From: Prasinococcaceae sp. CCMP 1430
Taxonomy: Eukaryota > Plantae > Prasinodermophyta
Length of the DNA: 31,876 nucleotides
Direction: 5' to 3'
Assembly (NCBI GenBank): GCA_013416795.1
Contig: RQSC01000630.1
Location: forward strand, 244,789-276,664
Position numbers and translations under genes: made by a program. The notes below the pieces were generated by a model that saw nothing but the letters and a program-made list of their open reading frames with translations, searched no databases and was not told the DNA's origin. This document shows, piece by piece, positions 30,759-31,876 of this stretch. The first letter of the stretch is position 1, and the number at the start of each line of letters is the position of its first letter.

Positions 30759-31876
30759 TCACATGTCCTTGCTCTCGAGCTTCCGCCCATAGATGACGTA
30801 CCTGCACGAGCGCACGCGCAGTCGCATGGCGTGGAGTAGGCGGTCAGATGGCGAAACTGGAGCACACAGCCGCCGCTACGCGGCGCAAGCTGGATCAAAG
30901 AGAGCGGACGGGCGAGCGCAACATACATGGGATCGGATGCCCCAGGGTTCGGGGAGATGTCGTCCGCCATGGGGTCGGAGAGCTGCGGTGCTGGCGTCAG
31001 CGACGGCGGACGAAGGCGTTCGAGGCGAGCTGTTGGTGCCACGCGCGCGCGATCTGACTCAAACGCACAGCACGCATAGCACGCGCATGCTCGTACCTTC
31101 GGCTCGAACCGGAAGTAGCTGCCAACTATCAAACAGTGATCGGCGTCGGTGGTTTGGTTCCAAATGCCGATAACCTTGGTGGGAAAGCACCTATTCGAGA
31201 AGCTGCAGGCCGCCATGCCCCCGGGCTTGAGGACGCGGCCAATCTCTGCGAAGACTTCCTGCGGGCGGCACAGGTAGTCCACGCTGACGGCATTTGTGAC
31301 GAAGTCGAAAGAGTTGTCCTCGAATGGCAGGGTGGGATCCTCGTTGAGGTCCTGCGGCGAAGAGAGTGTGTCAGCGATGGCACGCAGACGGACGGGCGGA
31401 CAGCGCGCGCGCGACACGCACCTTGACAACAAACTCCGTGAGCTGCTTGTTGCGCTTGAGCTCCTCCTCGTTCATGCCCAGGCCGACGACACGTTCGGCG
31501 GAGTAGTCCTCAGGGTAGTGCGAGATCCAGCTGGAGCACATGTCGAGCACTGCGACGTCGTCACCCCTCGGCAGCATCTCTCCATACCACCTCGTGAGAG
31601 CGCCAATTGCGAAGTCGTCGATGTGCGTGCAAAAGCGAGGCTGCGCGTAGAAGTCGAAGTCAGAGCTCTCGTCCATGCGCTTGAGATCGGCGGGGCCGAA
31701 GGGAAACTCCTCAGGCCAGGTGATGTCCGCATAGAGCTCCTCGCCGAACTTGCCCGTCGCGAGCTGCGCGGCGCCACTCGCCCCGCCGGCTGCGGCAGGG
31801 CGGTGGCTGCCGGCCGCGCGGCGCATACCCAGGCGTGGGGCGCGGTGCGCAGCACGCGCGGCAACCGCCGCACGCG
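30759..31876 (-). CDS. Class I SAM-dependent methyltransferase (Methyltransf_11, plastid/cyanobacterial-type), 5'-partial, at least 4 exons
   Basis: Exons (>31876)-31422, 31351-31097, 30982-30927 and 30801-30759. Spliced: DLKRMDESSDFDFYAQPRFCTHIDD...VLDMCSSWISHYP...GLGMNEEELKRNKQL...VK/DLNEDPTLPFEDNSFDFVTNAVSVDYL...LKPGG...SFSNRCFPTK...K/LSDPMADDISPNPGASDPM/YVIYGRKLESKDM*. An Ala/Arg-rich transit-peptide-like N-terminus runs off the window. Confidence 0.92.

Noticed and set aside
1-31876. CRISPR arrays, tRNA/rRNA genes, transposases, introner-like repeated introns
   Set aside because: I saw no repeat-spacer array, cloverleaf, or transposase/RT motif. The introns share only splice signals.

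Overview
This is gene-dense, very GC-rich eukaryotic nuclear DNA with GT-AG spliceosomal introns, CTGAY branch points and TGTAA poly(A) signals. It is most consistent with a green alga (prasinophyte-like; the taxon is inferred). In order it holds: a cytochrome b5-like membrane steroid-binding protein (MAPR/MSBP, 3 exons) whose second intron hosts a box C/D snoRNA with an LSU rRNA guide; a small 2-exon hypothetical gene; a 2,400-aa Sfi1-like centrin-binding repeat protein; CDP-diacylglycerol synthase; polyprenol reductase; glutamine-dependent NAD+ synthetase; CEP290; two hypothetical genes; a nuclear AT-hook/poly-Lys protein; an ABCF4-like half gene; and a 5'-partial SAM-dependent methyltransferase. 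The most unusual structure is at 29382-29419. Two coding segments that both appear to lack their 5' parts sit head-to-head only 38 nt apart, and the spacer reads as a 3' splice acceptor on both strands. This could be trans-splicing, a rearrangement breakpoint, gene fission or a misassembly. Most of the supplied ORFs are GC-rich shadow ORFs.
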